Part shown: positions 54,405 through 64,000 of the stretch, in pieces | Layout: every line of letters starts with the position of its first letter | Position numbering within the stretch: the stretch's first letter is position 1 | Origin: Candidatus Latescibacterota bacterium | GTDB lineage: Bacteria; Latescibacterota; UBA2968; UBA8231 | Direction of reading: 5' to 3' | Assembly: GCA_965223905.1 (NCBI GenBank) | Contig: CBDCXV010000009.1 | Location: 480,001 to 544,000 of the forward strand | DNA length: 64,000 nucleotides | Program-made: the position numbers and the translations under genes | Notes under the pieces: generated by a model | Database searches by the model: none | Told to the model about the DNA's origin: nothing | The model's input: the letters and a program-made list of their open reading frames with translations, nothing else

Positions 54405-56525
54405 TTGGAACAATTCTCACTGGAGCACCCCGCGGGAAACAGCTCTCTGCTACTCAATGGCGAGTGGCAGTTCAGCGAGGGAACAGACGGGTCGCCACCG
54501 GCTGACAGTGACTGGCAGCGGGTGCGGGTGCCGCATCGATCGAGGGAATTCGAAAACGATCCGCCGGTATCAGGTTGGTATCGCACAACGCTGCGTGTGC
54601 CGGAGCAGTGGGATCTTCACGACAGTGACCCGGTGTTCGATCTGGCGCGGGTAAGGCATTACGGGCGGGTCTATCTGGGGGATCGGGTGGTGGGCGAGCA
54701 TTTCGGTATGCGGACGCTGTGGCGGGTCGAGCTGCGTGGACTGGTGGAGGCGGGCGGCGAGTATGATCTGATGATTTACACGCACAACTCGTCGGGCTCT
54801 TATGCCCATCCCGACCTCGACGAGGTCAGCGAAAGGGTGGCGATCGCGCTCGATACCTTCACGTGGCAGACGGGTTCCAGCACCATCGGGGTCGAGGGGG
54901 ATGTGTGGCTGCGACTGGAGCCGCGGCTGCTCATCGAGGATCTCTACGTGATGACGTCGGTGCGAGAGAAAACGCTCACAGTCGCCGTCACGGTGCGCAA
55001 TAAGAATTCGGCGGGTGCCTCGGCCGTTCTGGATCTGGTGGTGACGCGGGACGGAGGAGTCGAGCTCGAGCTGCCGACGCAAGAGGTCGGGCTCGAAGCC
55101 GGGGAAAAGCAGGTCGTGCGGGTGGCCGTGCCGTGGGAGGATCCCGTGCTCTGGGGGAGTCCGCCTTACGGGCAGCCGGTGCTGTATTTCCTGCAGGCGG
55201 CGTTGCGCCATGCCGACGAGGCGACGCCGATGCACACGCGGGTCGAGCGCTTCGGTTTCAGGGAGGTGTGGGCGGAAGGGGAGCGACTGCTGCTGAATGG
55301 GCAACAGCTCATGCTGTGGGGTGATCACTCGCTCCCCTATGTGCACGAGCGGCAGTGGATGACGCGGAAACTGCTGGATCTGGCTGACGGTAACATGAGT
55401 GTCGTCGAGAACCATCGCATCGATCCGCCGCCGGTGCTCTACGATGTGGCTGACGAGCTGGGTGTCTTCGTGGTGTCGTCCAACTTCTGCGTGGCCACGG
55501 GTCAGGTGAACGAAGAGTTGGAGGGGGCGGAGCTGGATCTTGTGCTCGAGAACAACCTGGCGATCTGCGAGACCTGGATCCGGCGCGACCGCAATCATCC
55601 GAGCATTCTGTTTTGGGACGTGACTGACTCGCGGGAACCGAGGTTCGGAATCCCTCTGCTGCGGCGGGCGCAGGAGCTGGATGACACCCGCATGAGGGAG
55701 GTCACGTACGACGTCACCAGTCACTCACCCGAACTGGTCGAACTGGTCGATACCTACCGGTTGTTCAGCGACAAGGAGCATATCGAGGAGGCGATCCATT
55801 TTATCCGCACGAACCCGGAGATGCCGGTAAAGCCGATCCGCGTCGGTGAGGCGGGCATTTTCGGGCGGCCGACGTGGGACTATGACGAGGCGCCGCCCAT
55901 GCAGGAGGGGGAGGACTGGCCCGAGTTTCTGGAGAGTATGCCCGAACGGAAGATTCACGGCCTGCAGACTTTCTACCTGATCGACCAGGATGGCAAAGGC
56001 TTCTATAATGAGAACACGGGCAATCTGTCAGCGCCCGTGCATCCTCAGATCACCTGGCCGTCGCAATCGGGACTTGACGCGCGCATCGATCCGTTTGGCG
56101 AGGGGACACAGGAGGCCTGGGGAAAGGCGGCGCTGTACCTCAACTGGTGTGATCCCGAGGAGCCGCTGTCACGCCGCACGTCCACATGGGAGTGGTCGCG
56201 TGAGATGTTCCGCGGGGTTACGGGCAGGGATGTAGGACCGCTGGCGGAGACGCGGGTGCCCGAGGTGATCGTGCATGTGTCACGAGGTGGTGAGCCGGTG
56301 GCTGGGGCCCAGGTTTTTGTTAAGGCGCTGGAGGGACAGGGTGTAGTGCCGTTCGGGATTCGGGGGGACGGGGCGGGTGCGAGTTGGTTCGTGTTGCCGG
56401 AGGCTGGGAGGTATGCTTTTGCGTGTGATGGGGGGCGGGTGGAGGTGTTGGCTCAGCGGCAGCCGATTCGCACCTCTCCGGGTTATGAGCATATCCAGCA
56501 TGTGCAGATGGAATTGGGTGATTGA
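54405..56525 (+). CDS. Glycoside hydrolase family 2-like protein
   Basis: 'LNGEWQF', 'GWYRTT', 'FGFREV...LLLNGQ', 'YDVADELG', 'RDRNHPSILFW'. TTG start after AGGAG. Confidence 0.8.
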   Translation: MEQFSLEHPAGNSSLLLNGEWQFSEGTDGSPPADSDWQRVRVPHRSREFENDPPVSGWYRTTLRVPEQWDLHDSDPVFDLARVRHYGRVYLGDRVVGEHFGMRTLWRVELRGLVEAGGEYDLMIYTHNSSGSYAHPDLDEVSERVAIALDTFTWQTGSSTIGVEGDVWLRLEPRLLIEDLYVMTSVREKTLTVAVTVRNKNSAGASAVLDLVVTRDGGVELELPTQEVGLEAGEKQVVRVAVPWEDPVLWGSPPYGQPVLYFLQAALRHADEATPMHTRVERFGFREVWAEGERLLLNGQQLMLWGDHSLPYVHERQWMTRKLLDLADGNMSVVENHRIDPPPVLYDVADELGVFVVSSNFCVATGQVNEELEGAELDLVLENNLAICETWIRRDRNHPSILFWDVTDSREPRFGIPLLRRAQELDDTRMREVTYDVTSHSPELVELVDTYRLFSDKEHIEEAIHFIRTNPEMPVKPIRVGEAGIFGRPTWDYDEAPPMQEGEDWPEFLESMPERKIHGLQTFYLIDQDGKGFYNENTGNLSAPVHPQITWPSQSGLDARIDPFGEGTQEAWGKAALYLNWCDPEEPLSRRTSTWEWSREMFRGVTGRDVGPLAETRVPEVIVHVSRGGEPVAGAQVFVKALEGQGVVPFGIRGDGAGASWFVLPEAGRYAFACDGGRVEVLAQRQPIRTSPGYEHIQHVQMELGD

Positions 56526-56728
56526 GAAGTGCTTGCACAGGGTTCGTCAATATCCCCGCTCTCTAAAAAAACCGTCAACCAAAGCGTTATTCTCGCTGCC
56601 GCCTACCCGATAGCCGCCCAAGAAGAAATAAGGGACCGCGCCGCGCCGGCACATTTCGCCGGCATACTGTGCTGTCAGCAGATGCTGGATGACCTTGTTG
56701 AGAATGCCAGTGACCGGACAGGTGTCCT

Positions 56729-56830
56729 CGGAAAGCTGAGCACCCACTGGCGCACCGGCACCCGGGGCAGCACATCGTCGACCCGGCGCGCCGCCGTATC
56801 GGCCATGCGCCGGCTGCAGCAGGGGGGGCA
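56729..56830 (-). mobile_element. Remnant of an IS91-family transposase zinc-binding domain
   Basis: Translates to CPPCCSRRMADTAARRVDDVLPRVPVRQWVLSFP, matching the IS91 'CPSC..RRM...A..LVD.VLP..PVRQWVLS.P' motif. Confidence 0.7.
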
Positions 56831-57476
56831 GGAGTGGCCAATGACAACAGCTCCGCAACTCTCCTCGCCATCTCCGCAAAGTACATCACTTCCTCCGGTG
56901 ACAGCGCCCGCCCGAGCACATCGCGTTCCCGGTAGGACACCCATTTCTTGAGCACCTGGTAGCCGCCGAGCTTGTAGCCCCAGATCGCAGCGGGGACGTT
57001 GCGCCAGAAAGCGCGGTCGTTCAGATAGACGTCCAGAGTTCTTGCGCCGAGGGTGGTTATTGAATTACCGAGCGCGGCGCGTTCCTCCGGGGTGTACTCG
57101 CGTTCGACGATGCGGCCCTGTCCCGGCATCACCGCTTCGCCGGTTCCGTAGTGGCCCCACCCTGCTGTATTCGCGAAGTCGTCGCCGGTCATGTTGCGAC
57201 CGTCGGTGGTGGAGGGCACAGCTATGGCGGCGACCTCCGGGCGCAATGCGCCTTGGGTAACGCTGGGAACCGGCGTGTCGGGATCGAGCAAGGGTGCCAG
57301 TTCGCGGCCCCGTGCCGCTGATGCAGCGAGTGCCTCTGGTGCGCCGTCAGCTTCGCCATCGGGCCAGCCCGGCAGCGGGATTCGTGGCCATTCCATGCGG
57401 AGCGCCCCGGCGTTGGCTTTGCGGTAAGCGGGATCGTGGAGGGTGGCGAGGACGTGGTGGAAGAGGTCTTCTAAAT

Positions 57477-58940
57477 GGCTATATACGGGTTTTTCAACGT
57501 GGTATTTATAGCGTTTCCCCAATGAGATTTTTAGGGTTTCATACTGTACGGAATCGGGCCGGAATCTGCGCAGGGATATCGAGGTCTCCGACGCACAGGT
57601 AAATCAGGTCGGCAAAGGCATCCAGAGTTTTAAATCCACTGGCTCGATTCTTGACCATGCGGATAATGCGATTGAGCCCTTCGGCGGCGGCGTTGGTCAG
57701 GTGCGTGTCGACGAAGGCGGTGATGCCGGCCGCCTGCTTGCGCACCGTGTTGACGAACTTGCGCAGGGGCTGCAGGCGGCTGCGCAGGGCCGCCGTCGTC
57801 CACTTCTTGAGGAAGCGTTCGGCGGCCCAGCGCGCCTTGTAGCGCCAGAAGTGCTCGAACTCGTCCTTCAGGCGCCAGGCGCGGTAGATGCGGCGGTTGG
57901 CCTTCTCCAGGGTTTGGAGCGTGCGCCGATCCTTTCGCGAGCGCTGGGCGGAGTGATGCAGCAGCACCCAGCGCAGGCCCTTGAGCAGCTTGCGGTCCTC
58001 GCCACAGGCTTGCCGCCACTGCTCCTTGCGCACCTCGTCGACGGCTTCGTTGAGGGCCTTGACGACGTGGAATCGGTCCAGGACCAACTCGGCGTTGGGA
58101 CCATGCTGCCGGATGGCGCCGATGAAGGTCTCGCTCAGGTCGCAGCAGGCCCAGCGGATGCGGTCCTTCTGGAAGGCGCTGAGATGGTCCCGGAAAAACG
58201 CGTCGATGGTCTTCCGTGCCTTGCCCTTGCCGACCCAGACGACACGGGAGCGTTCCAGGTCGTAGACCAGGGTAGCGTATTTATGGCCCTTGGCGTAGGA
58301 GATCTCGTCGATGCCGAGGGTCTTCAGCCGGCGGATGCGGTGCCCCGTACGCCGGCGCTCGATGAGCCGGTGCAGCTGGTCGGACAGGGTCGACGGGGCC
58401 AGACCCAGCAGGCGCGCGGCGGCGGCCTGCGTCATCCACTGGCAGTACCTCAGCAGCAGGTATTCGAAGCGGTAGCTGACCTGGGCCGAGGGCGCCGCCC
58501 AGGGCACCTCCTCGACGCGACGGCCGTGGGTCGGGCAGCGGATCTCCCGAGGGGCGTGGTGCAACCAGAGGGTACGGCCGCAAACGCGGACGTCGCGCCA
58601 GCGGCGGAACTCCATGACCTGTACGATCTTGCCGCGGCGCCCACACTCGGGACACCGGCACCCGTTCCTTTGGGGCTTCACCGCGACCACGACGGCCGCT
58701 TCTTCCCCGTGTCCTTCGAACCACACGCCCACCGCGCGAAATCCCTTGAATTGGAACAGCTTGGAGACGAACTTCATAGCGGTCATAGGTCGCCTTCCCT
58801 TCCCTTTCTTGGGGAGTGCTTGATGGGGATACACCAAGCATAGGGAACGACCTATGGCCTTGTCATGTACTCAGATGGACAGCAAGGGCTCAGGTACTTT
58901 CCGTACTTACGTTTCGGCGTTGAAAAACCCGGATAGACCC
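57477..58940 (-). mobile_element. ISL3-family insertion sequence, copy 3 (1464 bp)
   Basis: Same IRs; target duplication TTCTAAAT at 57469-57476 and 58941-58948. Confidence 0.95.
57539..58786 (-). CDS. ISL3-family transposase
   Basis: Translation identical to the other two copies. Confidence 0.95.
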   Translation of the reverse strand: MTAMKFVSKLFQFKGFRAVGVWFEGHGEEAAVVVAVKPQRNGCRCPECGRRGKIVQVMEFRRWRDVRVCGRTLWLHHAPREIRCPTHGRRVEEVPWAAPSAQVSYRFEYLLLRYCQWMTQAAAARLLGLAPSTLSDQLHRLIERRRTGHRIRRLKTLGIDEISYAKGHKYATLVYDLERSRVVWVGKGKARKTIDAFFRDHLSAFQKDRIRWACCDLSETFIGAIRQHGPNAELVLDRFHVVKALNEAVDEVRKEQWRQACGEDRKLLKGLRWVLLHHSAQRSRKDRRTLQTLEKANRRIYRAWRLKDEFEHFWRYKARWAAERFLKKWTTAALRSRLQPLRKFVNTVRKQAAGITAFVDTHLTNAAAEGLNRIIRMVKNRASGFKTLDAFADLIYLCVGDLDIPAQIPARFRTV

Positions 58941-59401
58941 TTCTAAATCCGCGCCGATACGGTGGAGATAGCGTTGGGCGACCCCGGACAAATTGGGGCG
59001 GCGTTGTATTTCGTTGCCGCTGATTCCGAGGCCCCCGTCACGGAGGTAGGCGGGGAACATGTTAGCACCGCGCTCAATCAGCGGAAGGAGCGCCCAGGGG
59101 CTAGAGTCACCCAACAAGGGCCAGCAAGTGGGTCAGGGGTCATGGGCTCGGTGGAGCCGCATCGGCCTGACGGCGAGGTGGGCCTGATCGAAGGTCTGGA
59201 CGTTCCTGACGCCTCGGCGGCGGCAGCTGGCGGGAAACGCTCCCCACGCTAGCGGCGCTGACGAGGACCGCATGGCCGTGGCTGGAGAGGGGGGTGGTAT
59301 GTCAAATGCTAAGGCTACTTCAGGTCCTGTTCCCTACGGGGAATGGAAAAAACCCCCGGACTTACCACGATAGAAAAGCTTGGTGGGACAGCGAATTCGG
59401 G

Positions 59402-59922
59402 CTAAGGAAGCGGTAGAGAAACGTTGCGTTTCCTTAGGGACTGTGCCATCTCTTTGGAGACATTCTCTTTACTGATGAAATTTGAGGTCACGGATTGTCC
59501 GATTGCCTGGGCAACCTCCTTGTCATTGAAGCGTTTTATTCGTGCTTGGGTCTTGATGGCGCCAGCAAATCGGGCAATCTTGGCAATAGGGCAATAGATA
59601 GTTCAACAAGATCTATATGCCACTGGTTGACGCCAGGGTCCGGCGTATCTCCTTCCTTGCTGGCTGCCCGTATGTCGCAATCCTCAAGGATGCTATCTGG
59701 AATTACGGCTAGATCTATGTGAGCCAAGTGATCTCGAGTTAGTGCCAATGCCGCGACTACTCTCTCCATTTGTCGAGCGGGACGATCCAGAATGTAGACT
59801 GACAGTTTATTGTTCGCGGGATACAGGCACTTCACGACATCGGCTTGAGTGTCTCCCTGTTCAAGCCACTCCATGTCATCCCAATGTCGTTTCTGACTTA
59901 GCTTCCTGAGGACGACTGCCAC
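59402..59922 (-). pseudogene. Putative ADP-ribosyltransferase-fold toxin (CmdT-like), frameshifted by an 8-bp duplication
   Basis: 'LRK...W...AD...CL...NKLSVY...HIDL...GDTP...N.WHIDL'. GGCAATAG is duplicated at 59582-59597; removing one copy gives 170 aa ending at 59402. Confidence 0.6.
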
Positions 59923-60836
59923 GGATACTCCAACTCCAGCGAGCCGACTAGGTCAGTGAGGTCCTCACGTAGTTCCGGCACACCCTCGCTCTCAATAGCC
60001 TGCCTAAGGAGTCCTATAGCAGCACTTCTTTCGAGGTAAGCCAAGCCCAAGGCGGCAGCATCTCGGACCAGTGGAGACCCATTACAAAGCCCGAGGGATA
60101 GCAAATTAACAACGGTTTCGCGTAAAGGCCTTGCTTCTCGGCGCGAGACCCACTCCAGCATTTCTGACATTACCTCTGGAGAGGCACCGCCTTTAATTAA
60201 CCGTAGCCTCAGATAATCAAGTACGTCGACCGGGTGGGTCTGAAAAATCTGCTGGAGGCCGGTTGAGAAGCGGCTCTCCACCCCAGCCTCGAATTGTTCA
60301 TCATGGGCGGCCGAGAATAAGCGATCTAAATTGGATACTATAAAATCAGGTGCTAAGACGCCGAGGAAGTCATGACTCCTTTGGTTGTCTGAGGCGCCAG
60401 CAGCGGGGGAATGCAACACGTCTTTCAGGTTGGCAATTTCGACTATAGTCCATAAAGAATCATCTAGAAGCTCGGGAGGCAGTCGAACAGTCGCCGTTTG
60501 TGGTTGCAGGAAGTAATTGTGATAGTCGGCTGAACCAAAAAGGTGTTCCGTGGCAGCCTGCGACTGGACGACATGGCGTGTCGAATTGACTCCTGGCTGC
60601 CTGTCAAAGAGGGGCAAGTAAGTGCCCTTGCGCTCGGATCCGAAGTAGTATTTTACCATGGCCTTCTGGGAGTGATCGGTACGCGGCGCGGAGGAAAACA
60701 GCCTTTCTATTCTAGTCCAACTATCAGGCGAATCATCGTGGTCAATCCCATACCTAGGCTGCGTCTCAGTGTTGGCAGGGCAGTCTAGAGACGCGGGACT
60801 AGTGAGATCCTCAAATGACAAGACACCGCTGTTCAT
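59898..60836 (-). CDS. Hypothetical protein with C-terminal HEAT-like repeat
   Basis: Overlaps both neighbours; 'SPLVRDAAALGLAYL...L.QAIESE.VPELR'. Confidence 0.65.
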   Translation of the reverse strand: MNSGVLSFEDLTSPASLDCPANTETQPRYGIDHDDSPDSWTRIERLFSSAPRTDHSQKAMVKYYFGSERKGTYLPLFDRQPGVNSTRHVVQSQAATEHLFGSADYHNYFLQPQTATVRLPPELLDDSLWTIVEIANLKDVLHSPAAGASDNQRSHDFLGVLAPDFIVSNLDRLFSAAHDEQFEAGVESRFSTGLQQIFQTHPVDVLDYLRLRLIKGGASPEVMSEMLEWVSRREARPLRETVVNLLSLGLCNGSPLVRDAAALGLAYLERSAAIGLLRQAIESEGVPELREDLTDLVGSLELEYPWQSSSGS

Positions 60837-61414
60837 GCAACGTCCCCCTTGGCAGCAATTTCGTTTCCCAAGTCAACGAGCTCTTCAAAAATGCCTGCTA
60901 AGTCATCGATTCTTTGCGTGGGCTGCGGAGCAGTATTGACGTCTAATTCTAAGCGACAGACATTTCCGGTGACTGTAGACTCCACTCGTTCAGAGCCTTG
61001 CACCTCTACTCGTATTTCCAGAATACTCGCAATTGACCATGTTGACAGGCGATTGAGTTCTACGCCCTCTATTGTGCGAGAATGGCGGCGTCGGTTAACT
61101 CGGTATAGAAGATCGTGCATATCCATGTCGATCTTGAGTGCGGGAAGCAACTCGGTGAGAATCTTGTTCCCCTCAGCTGGATCCTGACTCAACCTCCAGT
61201 CTATCCGATTAGGGTTTGCTTGAACGCTCAACCTTCCGGTCAAATGGGGGCCCTCTTCCTGCATTGAGCGCTCACGCGGCCTGTGATTTACTGCTTCTGG
61301 TGGTGTGCCCACCAATTGCTCCCAGAAGCTCGCTGTTTGCGCTAAGGGTTCGAGAGTGAACGCGGAGAGCCTAAGGCTTTCCGTTTGCCAGTCATTCAGA
61401 CTCTGTATGGGCAT
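60833..61414 (-). CDS. Hypothetical protein, possibly TIGR04255-like
   Basis: GGAGG RBS; motifs 'W.TESLRLSAF', 'NRIDW', 'YRVNRRR', 'NRLSTWS', 'LELDVNT'. Family link is from memory. Confidence 0.5.
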   Translation of the reverse strand: MPIQSLNDWQTESLRLSAFTLEPLAQTASFWEQLVGTPPEAVNHRPRERSMQEEGPHLTGRLSVQANPNRIDWRLSQDPAEGNKILTELLPALKIDMDMHDLLYRVNRRRHSRTIEGVELNRLSTWSIASILEIRVEVQGSERVESTVTGNVCRLELDVNTAPQPTQRIDDLAGIFEELVDLGNEIAAKGDVA

Positions 61415-61873
61415 TAGTGGATTCCTCCATAAATGGGGCTGTATCGGTCCCATTCCTCAGGAGGGGTTTAAGAAGTAGTGCACGAATGATCTCTATTGAT
61501 GAAGCTCAAACCGGTGCTGCTACCCTATGAGGTGGAGAAATTGGAAGATAGGAGGGGGTGACTCTACTGCAAGTCTGGGGCCCAAGCCTCCTGGGCATTG
61601 AGGAGGGAGCACCCTTTCTTGGCGCCCGAAGGGAGGAATGTGGGGCAAATTTCCGGCAGGGTCCTCACCAGAGACCTTGGCCTGCGAATTCGACTTGGCT
61701 TGGGTTTACCGTCATCCTGGGCTCCAGCAGCCACTAGGCTTACGGCGGCGTGGAATGGGTCGAATGCCGGGAAGTGATTCAGGTGGTGGAGGTGTACCAG
61801 CGGGTCATGCTGGATGGCCGTTGCGCGAGGTGACCCGACCGATGTATGGGGCGCGTCTCTCATGCCATTGCCC

Positions 61874-62419
61874 ACCCGTGCTCGATTCTCGACCGCAATG
61901 ACCTGGCCTGAAGCGACATCTTTCAACCGCTTGTATCTTCATTGACAGATACAATCCATTCCAGACCTCAACCCCCCCCGGAGACAACTGAATCGTGCCA
62001 TTCCTTCGCGTTCGCATAGCCCCCTCGCCGACCGGAGCCCCCCACGTCGGCACCGCCTACATCTCCCTGTTCAACATGGCCTTTGCCCGCCGGCACGGCG
62101 GCGAGCTGGTGCTGCGCATAGAGGACACCGACCGGGCGCGGTCCTCCGACGAGCACGAGCGGCGCCTGATGGAGGCGCTGCGCTGGGCCGGCATCGAGTG
62201 GCAGGAGGGCCCCGACCTCGGCGGGCCTCACGGTCCCTACCGGCAGAGCGAACGGATCGAGATCTACTCGGGGTACGCGAAGCAGCTCGTAGACCAGGGC
62301 CGCGCCTACTACTCCTTCACGACCCCCGAAGAGTTGGCCGCCTTGCGGAAGCGCAAGGACTCGGGCGAGCCGGCCCCGTACGAGGCGGAGCGCGAGCAAT
62401 CGACCGAGGCGGCGCGGAA
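61874..62419 (+). repeat. Imperfect direct repeat, copy 2 (gltX upstream region plus 5' coding part)
   Basis: See copy 1 at 53798-54341. Confidence 0.92.
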
Positions 62420-63344
62420 GCGGATCGACGCGGGGACTGCGCACGTGATCCGCATGAAAACCCCGCGCGAGGGATCGGTAACGGTCACCGACACGTTGCG
62501 CGGGGAGATCCCGTTCGACCTGGCGGGCCTCGACGACCAGGTGCTGCTGAAGTCGGACGGGTTCCCCACCTATCATCTCGCGGTCGTCGTCGACGATCAC
62601 CTGATGGAGATCAGCCACGTCATCCGCGGCGAGGAGTGGATTCCGTCGACGCCGAAACACCTGCTGCTCTACGACTGGCTGGGCTGGGACCCTCCGGAGC
62701 ACACCCATCTGCCGCTGTTGCTCAACCCGGACCGCTCCAAGATGTCGAAGCGGCGGAACCCGACCTCCATCGACTTCTACCGCCGCGCCGGGTACCTGCC
62801 GGAGGCGCTGCTCAACTACCTGGCGCTGATGGCCTACCCGCCGGGGGAGGGGGGCGAGGAGAAATTCCCGCTGTTCGAGCTGGTCGACCGTTTCGATCTC
62901 GGGCGGATCAACCTCGGCGGCTCGGTGTTCGACCTCGAGAAGCTGAGCTGGCTCAACGGCCGCTACATCCGCGAGGACCTCACCGCCGGGGAGCTGCTGG
63001 ATCGCCTGAAGGAATGGGCCCTGAACGACCGTTTCATCGGCCAGATGATCCCCCTGATGCAGCCGCGCATGCAGACCCTCGGCGCATCTGCACGACATTG
63101 CGCGGCCAATTCAATCATCGGTTCAGTTCCTTGGATTCGGCGGCATCCGGTGTTCGAGCATGGAGAAACATGGCAGGATTCTCCCAGACAAATGGCAATT
63201 TGTCCCCATGGTACCACGGCTTACGGAAATGTACAAACCGGAATCCTTAACAGAGCACTAGTTGGAGGAAGCGGGGTTCGGGAAGAACACACCAGTATAC
63301 AATGGAAGGGGAAGGAAACGAAACGAGGGCGGGGAAGGCTCTAA
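61995..63344 (+). pseudogene. gltX: Glutamate--tRNA ligase, 3'-truncated (about 363 codons) and run into unrelated sequence
   Basis: HVGT (HIGH) and KMSKR (KMSKS) motifs, 'DDHLMEISHVIRGEEW', 'FDLEKLSWLNG'. GluRS-like sequence and GC-rich codon usage stop after MQTLG at about 63083. Confidence 0.85.
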
Positions 63345-63412
63345 CGAAAAGGTGTTGCAATCGGTGCCGTTGGCGTCCAAATTAGAAAGGTACGATTGAA
63401 AGGAAGGTGGAT

Positions 63413-64000
63413 ATGAACTTTGAGGTGAAAATCGAGAATTTTGGTCCAATCCAAAAGGCAAGGATCCAGGTTGGCCGGTTTACGGTATTCGCCGGACCGA
63501 ACAATACAGGTAAAACGTTTGTGTCGAAGATGCTTTATTCGATTCTTAGTGCTATAAACGCGAATCATGTGCAAGTTTTTTTTGGCATGATGACAGACAT
63601 CATTGAATCAGATTTGCGACATTACGAAAGGACCGGTTTGGCAGTAGAAGAACGTCACCTGCTCGAAATTAGAAAAGCACTTGAAAAAATCGATTCTGTT
63701 TTAAGGGAGACGTTTCCTAGCCATCCGGTCAAAAAAGAATCTGATTGGCTAAGAGAAATACAACCCGAACTGAAAACAGAAATTGAGAAAATAGAGAGCC
63801 ATTTTCAAATTCTTAGAAATAATGTCAAAACAAAAAGGCAATTCCCGGTCTTTGAAGCCTCTAGTGATCTATTGAGAAGTCTTTTAGGAGAAGTAGATTC
63901 GGTAGTTGGTATTGGGGAAAGGTTCAAATTTATCCAGAACGTGCAAGGGAATTTCCAAACTTCCGATCTTTCAGAGCTTAAAGGAGGAGCGGATTTCTCT
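63413..64000 (+). CDS. ABC/AAA_15/21-type ATPase, 3' end beyond the window
   Basis: ATG after GGAAGGTGG; 'IENFGPI...FAGPNNTGKT'. The frame is open to the window end and is AT-rich. Confidence 0.85.
   Translation, partial: MNFEVKIENFGPIQKARIQVGRFTVFAGPNNTGKTFVSKMLYSILSAINANHVQVFFGMMTDIIESDLRHYERTGLAVEERHLLEIRKALEKIDSVLRETFPSHPVKKESDWLREIQPELKTEIEKIESHFQILRNNVKTKRQFPVFEASSDLLRSLLGEVDSVVGIGERFKFIQNVQGNFQTSDLSELKGGADFS

Larger units (their letters stand above)
56831..59090 (-). pseudogene. C-terminal fragment of a type ISP restriction-modification enzyme, interrupted by ISL3
   Basis: 'LH.PAYR.ANAGALRMEWPRIPLP' and 'WGYKLGGYQVLKKWVSYRE'. The frame rejoins across the IS (IGAD|LEDLFHH). Helicase and MTase parts are absent. 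Confidence 0.8.

Noticed and set aside
61995-63344. Truncated GluRS as a genuine GluQ/YadB-like paralogue
   Set aside because: It is nearly identical to the other gltX fragment, extends past the catalytic domain and then breaks abruptly into unrelated low-GC sequence. This fits a scar better than an evolved paralogue.

Overview
This is a GC-rich bacterial window with two parts. The first part (1-17.4 kb) encodes two giant repeat-rich extracellular proteins. One is a 5'-partial FN3 array with dockerin-like, cohesin-like and FlgD-Ig C-terminal domains. The other is a 5'-truncated, frameshifted YWTD-propeller/cadherin/FN3/LRR/leishmanolysin-like protein. This domain repertoire resembles that of sponge symbionts such as Latescibacterota or Poribacteria (inference). 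The second part (17.9-64 kb) is a large, partly decaying anti-phage defence island. Its backbone is a restriction-like system of a SNF2 helicase, a DUF1156 adenine methylase and a DUF499 ATPase. The three core genes are spread over about 29 kb by co-oriented cargo genes: several ABC-ATPase/nuclease modules, XRE-ImmA, a split DSR1-like sirtuin, two Schlafen/AlbA proteins, ParA, DUF488 and MNT-HEPN. Downstream lie an intact three-gene operon (Ppl/TrlF-like ATPase, soluble histidine kinase, receiver-kinase fusion; the best candidate for an undescribed system), an HNH gene, a GH2 gene, a type ISP remnant and a CmdT-like ART toxin triad. Two 3'-truncated copies of gltX with shared upstream DNA also occur here. 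Three 1464-bp ISL3 copies with 8-bp target duplications each disrupt a defence gene. No rRNA, tRNA, CRISPR array or integrase was seen. All family calls come from motif recognition, not database searches, and some small indels may be sequencing errors.
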